The position numbers and the translations under genes are program-made. From Lama guanicoe (lineage: Eukaryota), in assembly GCA_013239625.1 (NCBI GenBank), contig MU054220.1:9025367-9089366 (forward strand): DNA of 64,000 bases, written 5' to 3'. Shown piece by piece: positions 11,712-25,849 of this stretch (position 1 is its first letter; each line of letters opens with the position of its first letter). Below the pieces are notes generated by a model, which made no database searches, was not told where the DNA came from, and was given only the letters and a program-made list of their open reading frames with translations.

Positions 11712-13289
11712 AGATTCCATCAGGCTTTGGCAAAGAGGAATGAGAAGAGGTGAAATAGCAAAGCTTCATCTCAATGCCCAAACATTGTCGTAAGGGAGAA
11801 CAACCCTATCCATATGCACCTAGCCAAACAGGATTTAGTTGCCTTCAATTATTTTGTCAAGGTTTTTAATTTAGGGTTGCATTCTGACTGTTTTCTTGTC
11901 ACAATTTTCTAGTTAAGAAATACTACTTTCTTACTTTTAATTGCTGTTCCTAGATTTAAGTCTTTTACTGCCTAAAGGTGTCCTTCCCTAACTTCTCAGA
12001 AAGGCAACTGTCTGTGTAATACACAATAATCTGGCATTTATTAATCATAATTGCTCATTTGCCCCAGACTATCAACGGAAGAACATCTCCCTGGGGCTAC
12101 TTTGCAAAGCCATCAATGTGTTAAATAAGGAGAAAAAAAATACAAGGAACTTTGATGAACTGCAATGTTCCCCTAATGTGAGGGACCGGTATAGGCAATT
12201 AGATAGGAAATCACTTTATTGTTCTTACTTGAAAGTCAATCAATCTACTCCTATTTCATTTTTAGCCTTAGGTTTACTATAAATTATCATTTTTCTGCCT
12301 TTTCTAGCTATCTCTTAGTTACATTCTCTGCCCATAACATAGTTAAGAAAAATAATTACTAAAATTTTTGTCATAGTTCCCCATCAACTACCCTATTTGA
12401 AATATTTTAATATTAACTTAGTTGATTCACACTTTAGAAACTTATAAAATGTACTTGTAACTATGCTAATGAGAAGGGGAAACCATAGTTTTTCAGGCCA
12501 CAATGTTGGAAGCTGTACAATTTATATAGTTGTGGAAACATTCCAATTCTGACACAAAACAGAAGCAGATGTATCTGCAAGGAGACCCACGTGAAGGAAA
12601 CATCGCAAAAATTTTTTAAATATGAAAAGATAAAAGCTTTCTTAAAGAAATAATACTGTCTAGATTACATATGTATTTTCCTTAAGATGACTTTATAGTA
12701 CCCATAATGGATATTTCTAAAGTATCCTAAATGTCCAACTGACATTACCTGTAGAGCCAGGACATGTATCTATTAGATACTGGGTGATATACTGCCTAAA
12801 ACTATGCACTAAGCCACTGTCATTGAAATTAAAGAGTGTTAAAATAATATGAATTTGTCTTCCCTTTGAAACTTCATGAATAAATACCAATATAAAAATA
12901 AAATCTACACAGTATTCCATATTTTTTAAAAAGTCATACATATCCCACTTCACTTTTCTTAGTCAACTATTCCCTTCGAGGTAGGCAAGTTTTGTATACA
13001 TATCTATGTATGTCTATCTATTTATATAAATGTGGTTATCTTTCCCTTGGGTTGCTACAATAGCCTGACAAATATACCTGTGCATGACATTCAGCATAAA
13101 ACCTGGAGCATAAAAAAGCTACCACTTTAATGAAAATAAAAGAACTAAACATGGGCCTACTCACCCATGTATGTACTGAGCAAGACTGCCAGTTACCAAT
13201 AGGAAAGGAAACATGTACTCCATAGGAAGATGAAACCATAATATACTAGACTGCATTACACAATCCCCAGAATCACATATCTGCCTTTT

Positions 13290-13946
13290 CATCAAACTGG
13301 CTCTATGATTATTTGCATTCTTCCTAAGGCCCAGAATCCAGGCTATCAGGAGAATCTTAAAAGCCAACATGATCAAGGCATTTGTACTCCTGGTAGCTCC
13401 TGACCACCAGGGCAGAACTTAGCTGGGCCTCACCTCTAGACCACACAATACTTCTCTCACCTGCCTGCATGCTGCACACTTCCTGTATCTGTCCTAGGTC
13501 TTCTTTGTTAAACATGATGAAAGGGCACTGTAGACTCCTTCTGGGCACTCATGCATATGCAACCTCAAAGTACAGGGAAGTTCATATCCATGGGTTGAGC
13601 TTTTCAACCAATGGGAGATAGGATCCAGTGGATCCAGCAGACAAGTCCTTTTTTCTTTCTAACCCTCTCCCTCCTGGACCTGCCTTAGGCACACTTACTA
13701 CAATACCACTGAGAGGCAAATCATATAAGGCTGCTCATAGGCATGATCCCCAGGATGAAGATACTGTCACACTTGGCAGGGATCAGACAGATAGAACATC
13801 TTCACATTGACTCTGTTCTTCCCTGAGTCATTCCCCTTGTCCCACATTCATTACTGTTTTCTCTAATTATACTCCCTTTAAAGTAACAGCATGTTGGCCC
13901 TCTTCCACAAGCTTTCCTTTTCCTAGACCTCACTCAGGTAAAAACA
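13290..13946 (+). mobile_element. ERVL LTR16-like solo LTR
   Basis: caaccaatgggagatagg..ccagtggat, a pyrimidine-rich U5 and the end caggtaaaaaca resemble the LTR16 family. Confidence 0.5.
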
Positions 13947-15169
13947 CAAAGCTAATGTCACATGAGGATGTGAAGTACAAATTCACACTAGAAGTAAGAG
14001 AGCACAGTGCTGAGAAATTGACAAAATCTGGTATCAAACTGTCGAAACTTCCATTGGTCGGACTGAAATCAGAAGCTGTTTCTATAGAAACATTTCCATA
14101 GCTGAAGGTTCATGGAACTCCCAGAAAGGATAATACCCTTAGCAGCTATGAGCTCAAAAGAAATTGATTACAAACCACATGAATAAATGAACTTTCATAA
14201 GTTAAGGTAATTAATGTAAACATTCAGGAAAAGTACTTAAAATAATAGAGCACCTTGAACAAATCCACTTAAAAATCTGTTTAAAATAACTAAAGACATA
14301 AAATAAGGGGTTGAAAACAAAATCAACAACCAAATAGTATTAACTAGAACAGGTACATTTTTAGAGGGGAACCAGATAAAATTTCCATAAATGTGAAACA
14401 GAGTAATTGGCAATAAAAGCTCAATATATAACATTAAAGAACAGATTACACAAAGCTAAAGAATTATTACACTGAATCTGGTGTCTCAAGAAATCACTAA
14501 AAATGGAGTACAGAAATTAAAAATAAGGATAGCATTTTAAAAATGGTTATTTTTCAAGGGCAACAATCTAAAGGTCCAATACACGTCTACTAGGAATTTC
14601 AGAAGGAGAGAAAAAGAGAGAGTTTTGTGTGGGACACACAATGGTTGATGTGCCAACGGCTGAACGATTTTCCACAATCAGATCACAGCAACTGCAAAAT
14701 TATTTGGCTCCCTTCCATTTTAGAGCTCAAAAATAATGTCACTTGAAAAACTAAACTCATTTTTAACATTTTTAACAGTTTCTTTTGGTATTCACATTTA
14801 AAACTGTTAGAGTTGTATTTCTCTGGTGGTTTTTTTTTTTTTTTTATTGACAAGGCATGGCTTTCAGGTAATAGCCAAATATTCCTAACATCAGATTTTT
14901 GTTTTTAACTCTCCGGGAAAGAACAATCCTTAATAGACTTGGAGTCACCTGGACCTCCTGATGTAGGACCTATGAAAGTGTAGTTTACAGAGGTATGTTG
15001 TCTCCTTACACAGAGTGAAGTGCTTCCCACAGACACCTCTGCACAATGAGCAGACTCAAGGATGTTTATGTAGTTCCACTGAAATTAGAATAAAAAGGAA
15101 AATATTAAAATATTTTGACAGAATTGAAAATTTCGAAGTACTTTATTATTATATATTTCACCTAGGTGT

Positions 15170-16410
15170 GTTCGTCTCTTTTTCGCATTTCTCCTGCTTG
15201 GGATTTTTCTGATACTTTTAGCTCTGAGGGTTGCTATTGTGAACAACTTTGGGATACCTGGGGGCTTCACTTGATTTTGTTTTCTGCCCCCTCTTTCTCT
15301 ATTCTAGTATTTCAATGACATGTACGTTAGATAATACTATATTGTTCCACACAGCACTGTTCATTTATTTTTCCAAAATTTCTGCTCTCTATTCTACAGG
15401 TTGGGTAACTTCTATTGATTTACCTTTAACCCAGTACCAAATAGTTCTTTTCAATAGTTTCTATTTCTCAGCTAGAAATTTTCCTATCTATTCACTTATT
15501 GTATACCTCTCTTTCTGCAAGTCACTGAACATATAATATCTGTTTTAAAGTTCCCATCTGATAATTCAAAGACCTGGGTCATCTCAGGTCCTGTTTATAT
15601 TGAACACTTTTTTTTTTTGACAATACATGAAACTTTCTAAGTTCTTTACATGTCTTGAAAAACAACATTTTTTTTATGCTGAAATTGTGGACGATATAGG
15701 ACAGGGAGTCCAGATTATGTTGTTTTCCTTTGGAGTATATTGACTTTTGATCTTCTTGTCAGAACAAAATTACTGGCAGATGGTCTTGGTTTTATGTTTT
15801 GTCAGTGCTGGTCTATTTTCTTTTTGTTCTTGGCGTTTACTCAGTAGTTTGGTCTCTGCTGATAAGGAGTATCCATTCTGGGGTCTTAACTGATGTCTGT
15901 GGTGCTCAGTTGGCAGGGCTTCCACAAGTGGCTGGGATGGACCTCCAGTGGCCCCCAGCACATCTCCACCACCAACTTCACTGCTGAGCCCTCAGCTCCA
16001 CAGCAGCCAGTCTCTGCTAGGCCTCTTGGGGGTACGCCCTGTGTCTGCTAGCCCTGCACTTGGTCAGTGACCCTCTGAGAACCCATCAGACATCTAAGCC
16101 CTGCTTCCTCGCACAGCTTCTTCCTGGAAACTTCCCTTTCTTCCAAATTCCAGCTGCTTCTGCAACCCAGAATTTCTTAATTCAGCAAGGCCTCCTTGCT
16201 CTTCTGGGATTTAGCCCACTACACAGTATTCCGGAAAGTGCCCGCCGGCATCAAGTCTGGGAACACACAGGGATCATCTCCCAGGGATCATCGTCTTGTA
16301 TTGCCTACAGTCCGATGCCTGAACAGAATTGTCTCATAGACTTTACGCAATTTTATAGCTGTTTACGGTGACAGGGTAAGTTTGAAACCAGTTCTCCATC
16401 CACGGTCAGA
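15170..16410 (-). mobile_element. Ancient L1 5'/ORF1-region fragments
   Basis: T-rich reverse L1 motifs (tctacaggttgggtaacttctattgatttacct; ttttaaagttcccatctgataattc); heavily decayed. Confidence 0.5.
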
Positions 16411-17714
16411 AGTGAAGTGTTTATAGCATTATGTTTAAGAACAAAAGCATGAACAAAAAAATTTAAAACAAATTAAATATTCATTAACATGTAATTGGTT
16501 AAATAAATTATACTGTATACTTATCTTGAAACTCCATCTGCCTTTTAAAAGAATGACATGGAAAGATGTCTAAGACACACTGTTAAATTAAAAAAAAAAC
16601 TGTTCAGAAAACTGCCATCTTCTGTATGTGGTGTGCATAGGCATGGATATGCAAAATGTGGGAAAGAAAACCTCAAGGATAAACTCAAACCTGCAAATAC
16701 ATAGTTACTTTGAAGAGTATGACTGACAATAGTGTGTGTATGCTCTGCACATTAGTCTACACGCCTTTGTGGTATTAGGGTCACTCACAAGGTGAAAACG
16801 CAACAGTACTTTTTTAAAATGAAATCATTAAGAGGACTTCGTCCTGGCAAATTGTTTGTGAATCACTGTCTACACTTTACTCCTGTTTTGTGAAATGCCT
16901 GCTGTAATTTCAAGTTGAAAGTATCTGCAGTAAGGACAGTGGAAACTGGACAAATTCACAAAAATATGATCTTTTTTTTGGCACTGCCTTGCTATCTTTT
17001 AGTCCTGACACCAACCGGTGCGGCGGTCTCTCTTCTGGCTTTCTGTGTTTTCAAGTGCTGCGTATCTGAAACGCTCCTTCCTTCCTATTACTGGAAACTG
17101 ACATGAAGGATCTACCCTCTCCTGCATATCTGACATGCCAATTTAGAGGGAGGATTTGAGGGGTAAACACTTGACACAATTTATTTCTTTTCAAATTGCA
17201 AGACTCAGAGTCTCCCGCAGGCCCGGGGTTTGAATATTTGAAAACTACTTTGATGTCTTTCAACATCTTGACAGGCATGAGGATTCGGAACATGCCAGCA
17301 ATATGTCAAACGGCATCAGTCCCTCTGTCTCCGGGAATGATGGACACTATCTTTTAGGATCAGTTCCCAAAGAGTGGCTCGCTCAAAATCAGCTAGTTTA
17401 AACAAGAATTCTTTTCCTAAGAGTTCAAAAATTCTTGGGAACTGGAAATGACACAGGTCAGCCAATCATTTCTCCACCTTCTACCTTGCTCCTCATCAAC
17501 ACGATTCTCTATAAAATCAGTAGCACTCATAATTAAGAGTTCCCCTCATTAAACTGTGGAGAACACATAACACAGTCATGGGTAAATATTTCTATTAAAA
17601 ATGTATGTTGTATGTGCCAATTTCACTTAACTTCATAAATGTATTGTCAATTTGGTAATCCAGAATAAATCTCACTGTCAGAATTTCTCGAATCTGGAGA
17701 GAGATTTCCTTAAT

Positions 17715-17912
17715 TCCCAGATCTGGCTCTGTCCATCCTTTGCTGTGCAATTTTGATCAAGTTATTTAACTTCTCTGTGCTTCTTTGTTTCTCATCAGTA
17801 AAATGGGGACCATGATGATACCTATATCATAGAACTGTTTGAAAATTAAGTAATTTGTGTTTAAAAGTACACAGGATGTAGTAAATACTTAATATGTGTT
17901 AATTATCATTAC
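17715..17912 (+). mobile_element. MIR SINE
   Basis: ctggctctg...gctgtgcaattttgatcaagttatttaacttctctgtgc...tttctcatcagtaaaatgggga...acctatatcatag. Confidence 0.85.
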
Positions 17913-18625
17913 TACCATCTTTATAGTCATTGTAATTAACATCATTCTCCCAAAGATGGAAGTTATTTTACTCTCTCTGGTAAATTAATACTGGTTTACA
18001 GACCAGAAATGAACTTACTGCTTTTCGTTGGTCATTAAGGATTTTACCTTCTCTGAGCTGTGCTAATCCAATAGTAATTGCTTATTTTTGACACGTGAAT
18101 AATGGCCGCAATGTCAAAAGAATGAACCCCAAACTCAAAGCAAGCACTCAGTGCATTTGATTTCGGTTCACCGCAACTCGTGTGGACTCAATAGTTTACC
18201 AACACTTAAGATACCACAGTGGATGCTTATCAAGTATTAATTCAATGAATGATGATTTTATGAGGAAAAAATACATATATCATTTCCATTTGATATAACT
18301 GAGGTGCTAAGATTCACTGAACAGATGTAGACCTTATGTCTGTCTCTCTCTCTATATATGTATGTATGTATATATATTTATATATTAAACTTTTCCCTTT
18401 ACAAGTGGGTCACTAGGCAGGGCCTTGAGGTTTTACATCTTATTTCCTAGAAAGCTTTCTTCACTAGGAGAAGGAGCTTCAAACTCTAATGCCAAGAAAG
18501 AACTGAATTAGATGCTCACACCCACCCCATTATACCCATACTACGTGTACCTCCAGAGCGGCAGAACTAACCAATCCCACAAAAACCTTTTCTTCTACTA
18601 TCTTCTGTGACTTCTTTTCTGCTAG

Positions 18626-18712
18626 ACTGACTCCATTAATTTGGGATGAAGAAAAGCATCGGAGGCACGAGACAATGTGATCTTGTCCGGCCCACACAAC
18701 CCCTCTCCAAGG
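18626..18712 (+). other. Exon-like segment, non-coding in all three frames
   Basis: Acceptor cttcttttctgctag| and donor AAGG|gtaaga. Confidence 0.25.
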
Positions 18713-19074
18713 GTAAGAATGCAGAGATTTGAATTAAGAGAGTATGTTGCTGTGGGGAAACCTGAGGGAAATGGATTAAAGGCTGAGGCAAGACTATGGC
18801 TGAAGACGCAGCAAGAACCCGGTGTAACTGAAGAGGAGAGGAGGAGGTCCCTGAAATGAGGTCCCAAGTACAGCCGAGGCCAGATTACACAGGATGCCAA
18901 AGGTTCTGTCAAATGTGGGCTTTACTCTGAAGAGGGTCTCCACAGGAGGAGACATTATCTTTTTTGCTATAAGATCTTTCTGGCTGTCGTGTGCAGAACA
19001 GACTGAAGTGACCCGAGAGTAGAAGATTAGAAGGCTGTGGAGGATGTTCACTCTCCTGTTTCCTTGTTTTATGG

Positions 19075-19132
19075 GTTTTTTAAATTATTATTATTTTAAT
19101 TGAAGTATAGTTGACTTACAAGGTTGTGTTTA
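19075..19132 (-). mobile_element. Very short L1 3' tail insertion
   Basis: ttttaattgaagtatagttgacttacaaggttgtgttt is the same L1 3' end motif as at 9770; imperfect flanking duplication tgtttccttgttttatg / tgtttcctattctatg. Confidence 0.65.
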
Positions 19133-20531
19133 GCACCCATCATGTTTCCTATTCTATGTTAAAATAGCCTTGAGGTCGGGGGCAATGTCAGCTTGGTTTT
19201 TTATCCACTGAAGTACTTACTGTAGTCTCTCACTTGTCAAAATATTTCTTGAAAGAATAATAGTTATAAAAACAACTGGACTCCCATAGATTTTAGTGTA
19301 TTTTAATGAGGCAATTTTAATTAATCTTATTTTTAATTATAACAATTTTTCCATCGTTTTGAATAAAAAGTCTTCCAAATTAGAGATATGGTATAGTCAA
19401 AAGACTCGGCAAAGCAACATAAATTATCACCAATACATTATAGTAGGATAAAGAAGAATGTTTATTAAATGGCCACTTGATTCGGTAGAAAAATACTTTA
19501 ATTATCTATGTTGGCAATCTTTCATCAGCACTATATTTACAACACACTAACAGGGTTTTGTAAAGCTTCCAATGAACTAAATTTGCATATTTGACATGCA
19601 TATGCTTTGTAAAATCTGCATAGTATTGAAACCATTACATAATCTTGCTCAAAAGAGATGAGTGATAAGAAACACAAGCAACCTCTCAACTTTCTTTCTT
19701 CTGATCAAAAATGTACTTCATTCCTTTGTGAAAAGGAAGAGACCCAGCCTCATCTATCATTTCTGCATTCATATGCGTAACTCTGGCTGATCTTACCTTC
19801 TGCTTGTAAATCTCCAAGCGCGAGAAAGGGACACAACAGAAGCCTGATGATTACAGACAGTATCAGTGACCAGAAGCTGCAGACCTCACAGTGTCATGGA
19901 AGGGTGGCACATTTGAGTATTAGATGGTCCAAAGAGCCCCACAGGGAAGATGATGCAGTTTGGATTGTTCAAATTACATAAGCGTCTGCTTTCCTTGCTT
20001 CTGATTAAGTCTCAACACAACACACACATAATTGTGGACCTCTAAAATCTAGACATAAAAAAAAGAGATGAGAAATTAACCAACTGCATTTTATAATGAA
20101 AAATTCAGGGAGTTTCTCAGATCCCAGAAGTTATTTACTCTTTATCTTTCACAGCATCATAAAACTATCCATTGGTTATCTAGTGTTTGATCATTTTTTT
20201 CTCTCTTTGATGCAGTTTGGCAAAAGCAAATTTTAAAAGCTGAAGATTAATTGTGGCCTTATAGAGAAGTTCAAGGAAGTAGGGAGTTTTTCCTGGGTCT
20301 TTGAAAAGGCTAAATTCAAATAAATTTAGTGCCAATACTATCTCTCTCTCCTATATTTCTAATTTCATATTGACCCAATTACATAAATAGGAAAACCAGT
20401 GGACTTGATACTCCTCATCATTGTATTTTTTAAAATTAAACCTGAGTTGCCATAAGACAGCGATTTCCATTTTAATACTACTGGTACATATGAACTCTCC
20501 TCTGTAAACACAGTGTTTTGAGAACATTAAC

Positions 20532-21108
20532 TGTTCTAGTTACTACTGCTGTTGTAACAAAGCACCACGAAACAATGACGTTCTTAAAAAATTAAGCTCA
20601 TGGATTCTGCATATCTGTAATGTACAGAAAGTATAGCAGGAACAACCTGTATCTGTCTCGTCTCTGCAGCCTCAGTTGGAAAGGTGCAAACGCTAATGTA
20701 ACTTGAACACAGGGGTCTGAAATTATGGAAAGATTTCTGATGGTGGATGCTGGCTGTTAGCTGGGACCAAAGCTGGAGCAGTCAACCAGAACATTTCCCG
20801 TGGCCTCTTCATGAAGCCTGCATTTCATCACAGCATGGTACCCTCAAGTCAGTCCTTACATCATGGCTCCAGGCTCCAAACATCAGCTTCCCATCTAACA
20901 GGTTAGAAATTGTATTGCTCTGTATGACCAGGTCTTGGGAGTCACATTGCATCATTTCTACCAAATTCACCTGGTTACAAACTAATTGTAAGCCAGTCTA
21001 GATTCAAGATGAGGGCAATTGGGGACCACTTGACAGAGAGGTAAAGTTTGAAAGAGCATATAAGGGATGGGAAATACTGTACAGCCACATTTGTGACATA
21101 TAACCCAT
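20532..21108 (-). mobile_element. MaLR solo LTR (MLT1F/G/H-like)
   Basis: tgttctagttactactgctgttgtaacaaagcaccac...ggatgctggctgttagctggga...ccagtctagattcaagatgaggg. Confidence 0.8.
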
Positions 21109-21439
21109 ATCATCTACTTTTCCATTCCTGATGTCATCTGGAAGGTACTTAGATGACGGTCTTGCACAAGCAGGCAACCTGTGCTTATTACGTTAAAGTG
21201 AGAGTTTTTCTACTTCATTTATGGCTGAGTACTCAAATGTGGGAACTAAAAATACTTTGGACCCATACATTCTGAAGAACCTTGGGAGAATATCTACAGA
21301 AGACTTGCTAAGTAGTGAATACAAACTAGTGTTACCACTTTAAGCTCATAAACCATCTCCAAAAGGAGGACTCCAGACATTTATAAGTTTCTCAGATTAG
21401 CAGAGGAGGGCATACTAGACCTCCACACCACTGACTCCT

Positions 21440-22012
21440 ATTTAGTCTAAGGCCCCCCTCTCTCTCTTGGACCACTTTGCAGTCTCCTAACTCATGTCCT
21501 CATGTCTCCACTTGCCTCATTCCAACCTTTCCATCACAGCATAGAGCTTATTTTTTAAGAAATATAATCAACTCTCCTGCTTACAGTCCTTCGATGGCTA
21601 CCCTGTTGTAAGCCCACCTCTATCTGGGACCCACCTTTCTTTCACACTTTCACCTGCTTGCAAGTGATTTCTCAGTCTCCAGCACCATCTCTAAAACTTC
21701 CGCTAGACTTTCCATCACCCTCTGGAACAATTTTTCTTACGCCTCACAACTTTGGATGTGTTTCCCTTTCTACCCAATATCCCCCGATCTTCTCACCTTG
21801 ATAGAATGGCTGATTGCTCTACCATTGCTGAGTTCCCTGTGTGCCCTGTACGTTTCTTGTCCTCACACTCATCAGACCTCACGGAAACTCCGTTTTCTAT
21901 TTCTTTCTCCAGAATGAAAATGCCATGGAAATACTATGTCTACCTTGATGGCCACCTAGAACAGTGCCTAGCATGAAATGAGATCTCACTAAGTAGTTGC
22001 TGAAAGAATAAA
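21440..22012 (+). mobile_element. L2 LINE 3' region
   Basis: actctcctgcttacagtccttcgatggct...; 3' end cctagaacagtgcctagcatg...agtagttgctgaaagaataaa. Confidence 0.65.
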
Positions 22013-23744
22013 TTAAAAAACAAAAAACAATTTTCAACTTGTTTTTCAATTTCTTGATAGTGTACTGGTAGAATTTCCAACCTACGTTTCTACATCATTA
22101 TATGCTTTTAGGCTTTTTCGCTCCTCTTTATAAGCTTTATATAAATAGAAAAATAAAAATAAAGTACTAAAGCAAATCCCGTTGTGTAATCAGTTGTGTA
22201 ATCAGTATCAAGATAAATGTTATCACTTGCTCAGGCATATAGTTTTCTTATCCATTCTGTCCTAGAGTCTTATCAGCCCTGTGCTTTGGAAATGCTCCAT
22301 CTCCATTGTACCTTTCCTTGTTTAGATTAACTTTCTGATTTCTTTTTTTGTACAATCATGTACAATCATACATTTAGGCTACTGCTTCTCTCATGCACCT
22401 ACATACTTCCTGCTCCTTATTCCCTTCCCCCACCCCCTTTCTTGATGTGCAATCATTGGAATTCTGAGTGTGAGCCTGTGTGAGGATTGCAAAGGGAACA
22501 AGCTGGAACATGAAGGCAATTTTATGTTGCTCCAGGGAAAGGAAAACTAAACCTTGAAAATTTCTTAAAGCAGAAAGGTAAGTGATAGGCATACAATAGG
22601 AGTAAATATCAAACTATGCAACTCTGAATGCATGTGTGGATGGGCACTACATTCTAGAGTTTAGCAGAAAGTCGTGCTTCATTTGGTCTAGTTCATGGCA
22701 TAATCCTTCAGACTCTATGATTCTATCAAAGGTGTGGGAATCACTCTAGTGGAAGGGAAGGTCAGGAAGAGCATGTGTATCTGGCACTTCACCAGGAACC
22801 TAGATTATGGCATCTGGTAGTGGAAAGGCAAGTGGGTCTTTCTATCACCTGAGGAAAACCATTTATAACCAAATAAGTGAGCACCTGCAGGTTCAGAATG
22901 CGTGAGGAAGAGACTTGACTTCATCAAATTCTTTTAAGACAGGTTTCATAATAAGAGCATGTCATGTGGATTCAAAGTAGAATCCTTCAGTCAAATGTTC
23001 TCCCACAATCAGAAGACAAAAAAATCTATAATAAAAGCATTACAGTACTCCATTTGAAGTAACCAAAGCACTCTCCATTTATTAAAAAGATTTCCAATTC
23101 TTAACACCCTTGTGTACTGTTGAGTGATTAGTTCCTTGGGGTATGGTGGGGAAGGCTAGTTGTTAATAAGATTCCATGTTAAGCTATTTGTTTACGAATT
23201 ATGTGAGAAACTCTAGTTAATTCCCTTTATTTGTTTTGGACATCACAGTTAATGTATACCTGGTAAAAGAAAGTGAGGAAAATGCTTATAAAAACAATTC
23301 TTCGGTACAAATTAAAGGATTCATTACTTCATACTGTAGACACAAAAGCACTTCTAATTGAACTTTTCTATAATTCTAATCATGCATAAGCTATAGAACA
23401 CAGAAATGTATGTTTTTTATACAAAGGAACAGAAAAATGGCTTTTGTTTTTGAACTTGTGGGTATTCTTCTAGGACTTTTTCTCAACACTTTTTAAAACT
23501 GTACTTACACATGTGTGCATGGAGATGATTTTTTTTTTTAATTTGTAGATTTCTTAGTAACACCCCTTTCCCCAAGAGTCTGACCCAAGATGTCTAGTAT
23601 ACAACCTATGATCTGTGTTTTTAAAATATCTGCTGGGTGACTCTGGAAATCCTTAGGACTGATAATCACTGCTCAACAGTGTAACCTCTCTCTTTTATGC
23701 CAATCACTTCCATGGTTGTACTATCATCTCTGTGCAGACGATTT

Positions 23745-24202
23745 TGTTACCGACTCCATCCTTGGACTCCTTAATCAATAGAAATGGGTAAGAGGCCAGA
23801 CGAGAATTTCAGGCAAGGCTTTATTGGGGATTCATGCCATAGCACCAGGGAGCAAAAACAAGGAACAGGTTCCCTTGCCTGTGCTCCAGGGTGGGCGGGC
23901 TGGCTCCTTAAATGGGGTGAGAGTAGGGGTGGACGAGTGGGCCTGGCAGGAGGGGTTGCTTAGGTGGTCTGCCCACCCCTTGGTGGCACTGCATGCAGGG
24001 ATCACGCACACTGCCCTGCTTTTGCTCCTGGCACCTCACAAGAAGCCAACTGGTTTGCAACCTTTTTGTATCTCATTGTTCATCTTTTTCCCCACCTGAG
24101 CATGCATGCAATTATTTTTAGTCCCTTATAGTTTCTTTGTATTGAGACATTTGTCCAGGTATAAGGACTCTGGTAAAGGGTCCCAGGTCCCAGCCTATCT
24201 CA
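23745..24202 (-). mobile_element. ERV1-type solo LTR inserted in an L2 remnant
   Basis: Reverse strand starts tgagataggctgggacctgggacc and ends ...gtcggtaaca; AATAAA on the minus strand (tttatt at about 23820); flanks attt/atct (4-bp TSD, 1 mismatch). Confidence 0.8.
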
Positions 24203-25225
24203 ATCTCACATCTGCATTTCTAGTTTTGATTTCTCAGCAGAGACTCAGACCAGCAGTTCTAATTCCATGTTGGATTATTCCACGTGGGTGGCCTGCTGAA
24301 CCCAACTTCCTATCCAACAACACATCAGTGAGGAAGCATTAAAGGGACACACAGCTAAAAGAGCAGAAGTCTGTGGTCAATGGATATTTCAATGTTGTTT
24401 CACCCTTCATTTCACATTAGTTTGTTTCATTTGTGTTTATAGCATTCTCTAAGACCTGGCTTTCATCCTGTCTTTGGTGATAACTCACACAATTTTTTTT
24501 TTCAGTCTAAAGGTGGTTTCAAGTCTTTTCATTCTATTTTGTTTATATTCATAGAGTTAGATTATTTTATTTCCCTGTATTTTCTAGGAAGGCTTTAAGT
24601 TTTGATACCGGATATTGGAAATTATGTAATTAATCAAAATACTGTTGACAAAATGTTAGAGTTTTCCAACACTGAAGAGGGCTTTTAAGTAATCATCAGT
24701 TTGTGGAAAAGATCTTAAATAAAAATCTTTGTAAAAATGTATCATTTGAGCTTCCCTCAAAATGTCACCTTGTCTATGACATTTAGACATGAATGCAGTA
24801 GATTTTCCAATGATCCTGAAAGCCAGCCTTTACAATTTCCACCCCAAGAAAGCCACAAATACCAAGGAAGGAGCTCAGTATTTTCTCTCCCAATCTGTCT
24901 AGACTGCATCATTCTTCAAGACCTCTCTCCAACACATCTTCTCATAATGTCTCACATGATTCCATAAGTCAGACATGATATTTGACCCTTTGAACCACAC
25001 CACAAAGAACTTTTTTTGACACTTATTTTATGGTACTCCATTATTATCATTATGTAACATCTTGTTCTGCTGTCTTTGAGGCACTATTTCCTTCAATATT
25101 TCAAGATCTGGTTCATCTAATAGGTCCTAAGTCATATCATAGATACTCAAATACCCAAGTGACGTGATAGGTGCCCAACTACACAAGTTAACTGAGCCAT
25201 TTTCACCACCAATCTGTTTCTCCAG

Positions 25226-25324
25226 TCTCTTCAGTTTAGAAGCACTTGGACCTTTGTCAGTTTCAGTAGCAGAATCAATCTCATTTGTGAAAAAACTAAG
25301 CGGTGAAAGCAAAGTTAGGAGAAG
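25226..25324 (+). other. Exon-like segment of ambiguous strand
   Basis: Plus strand: acceptor ctgtttctccag| (or ctcttcag| at 25234) and donor GAAG|gtaaga. Minus strand: acceptor ctttgctttcaccgcttag| at 25295 with frame FFTNEIDSATETDKGPSASKLKRLEKQI. Confidence 0.25.
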
Positions 25325-25849
25325 GTAAGAGAGCAGTAGTGTGGGAAATCCCTGCTGCTCCTGACCTACAGACCATAGGTCAAGACCACATTTCAGCATG
25401 CTGTCTCTTTTTCACTGCTGCCTCTGCTGTTGTCATTGCTGCACCAGGAAATCTTTAGGTCAGTTTCTGAATGCTGGTTGCTAGGGCCCTCTCAGCTGCA
25501 GAGCCGAGCTCTCAGAGACGCCATTCAGTTTGCAGCAAGATCAGTCCTCATGGCGATCTCTGTCAGCCCTGATCAAGAAATGAGGTGAAACAAGTCTGAA
25601 TGATAGAGAAACAGGTAGAATCGATAGCTCATTCTACAAATTTGTTTCTTTCTTATCCCTACCTCTTAATACACACTCTTTCCAAATGATTTCCTGCTGT
25701 GGAGATGCTGCCTACACAGCAGTACTTCTTTCCTTCTTTATTTTAACTTTGGTGGTTGGAGGTATTCTTCTGGTGTAAGGTACTTAGAGAGGCATTTCAG
25801 AACAGAGAGATTATGATTACAGAATCTGGTACCAAGGACGCTAATCATA

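Noticed and set aside
22181..22370. Short tandem duplications (gttgtgtaatca x2; tgtacaatca x2)
   Set aside because: Ordinary slippage micro-duplications with no spacer structure; not CRISPR-like.
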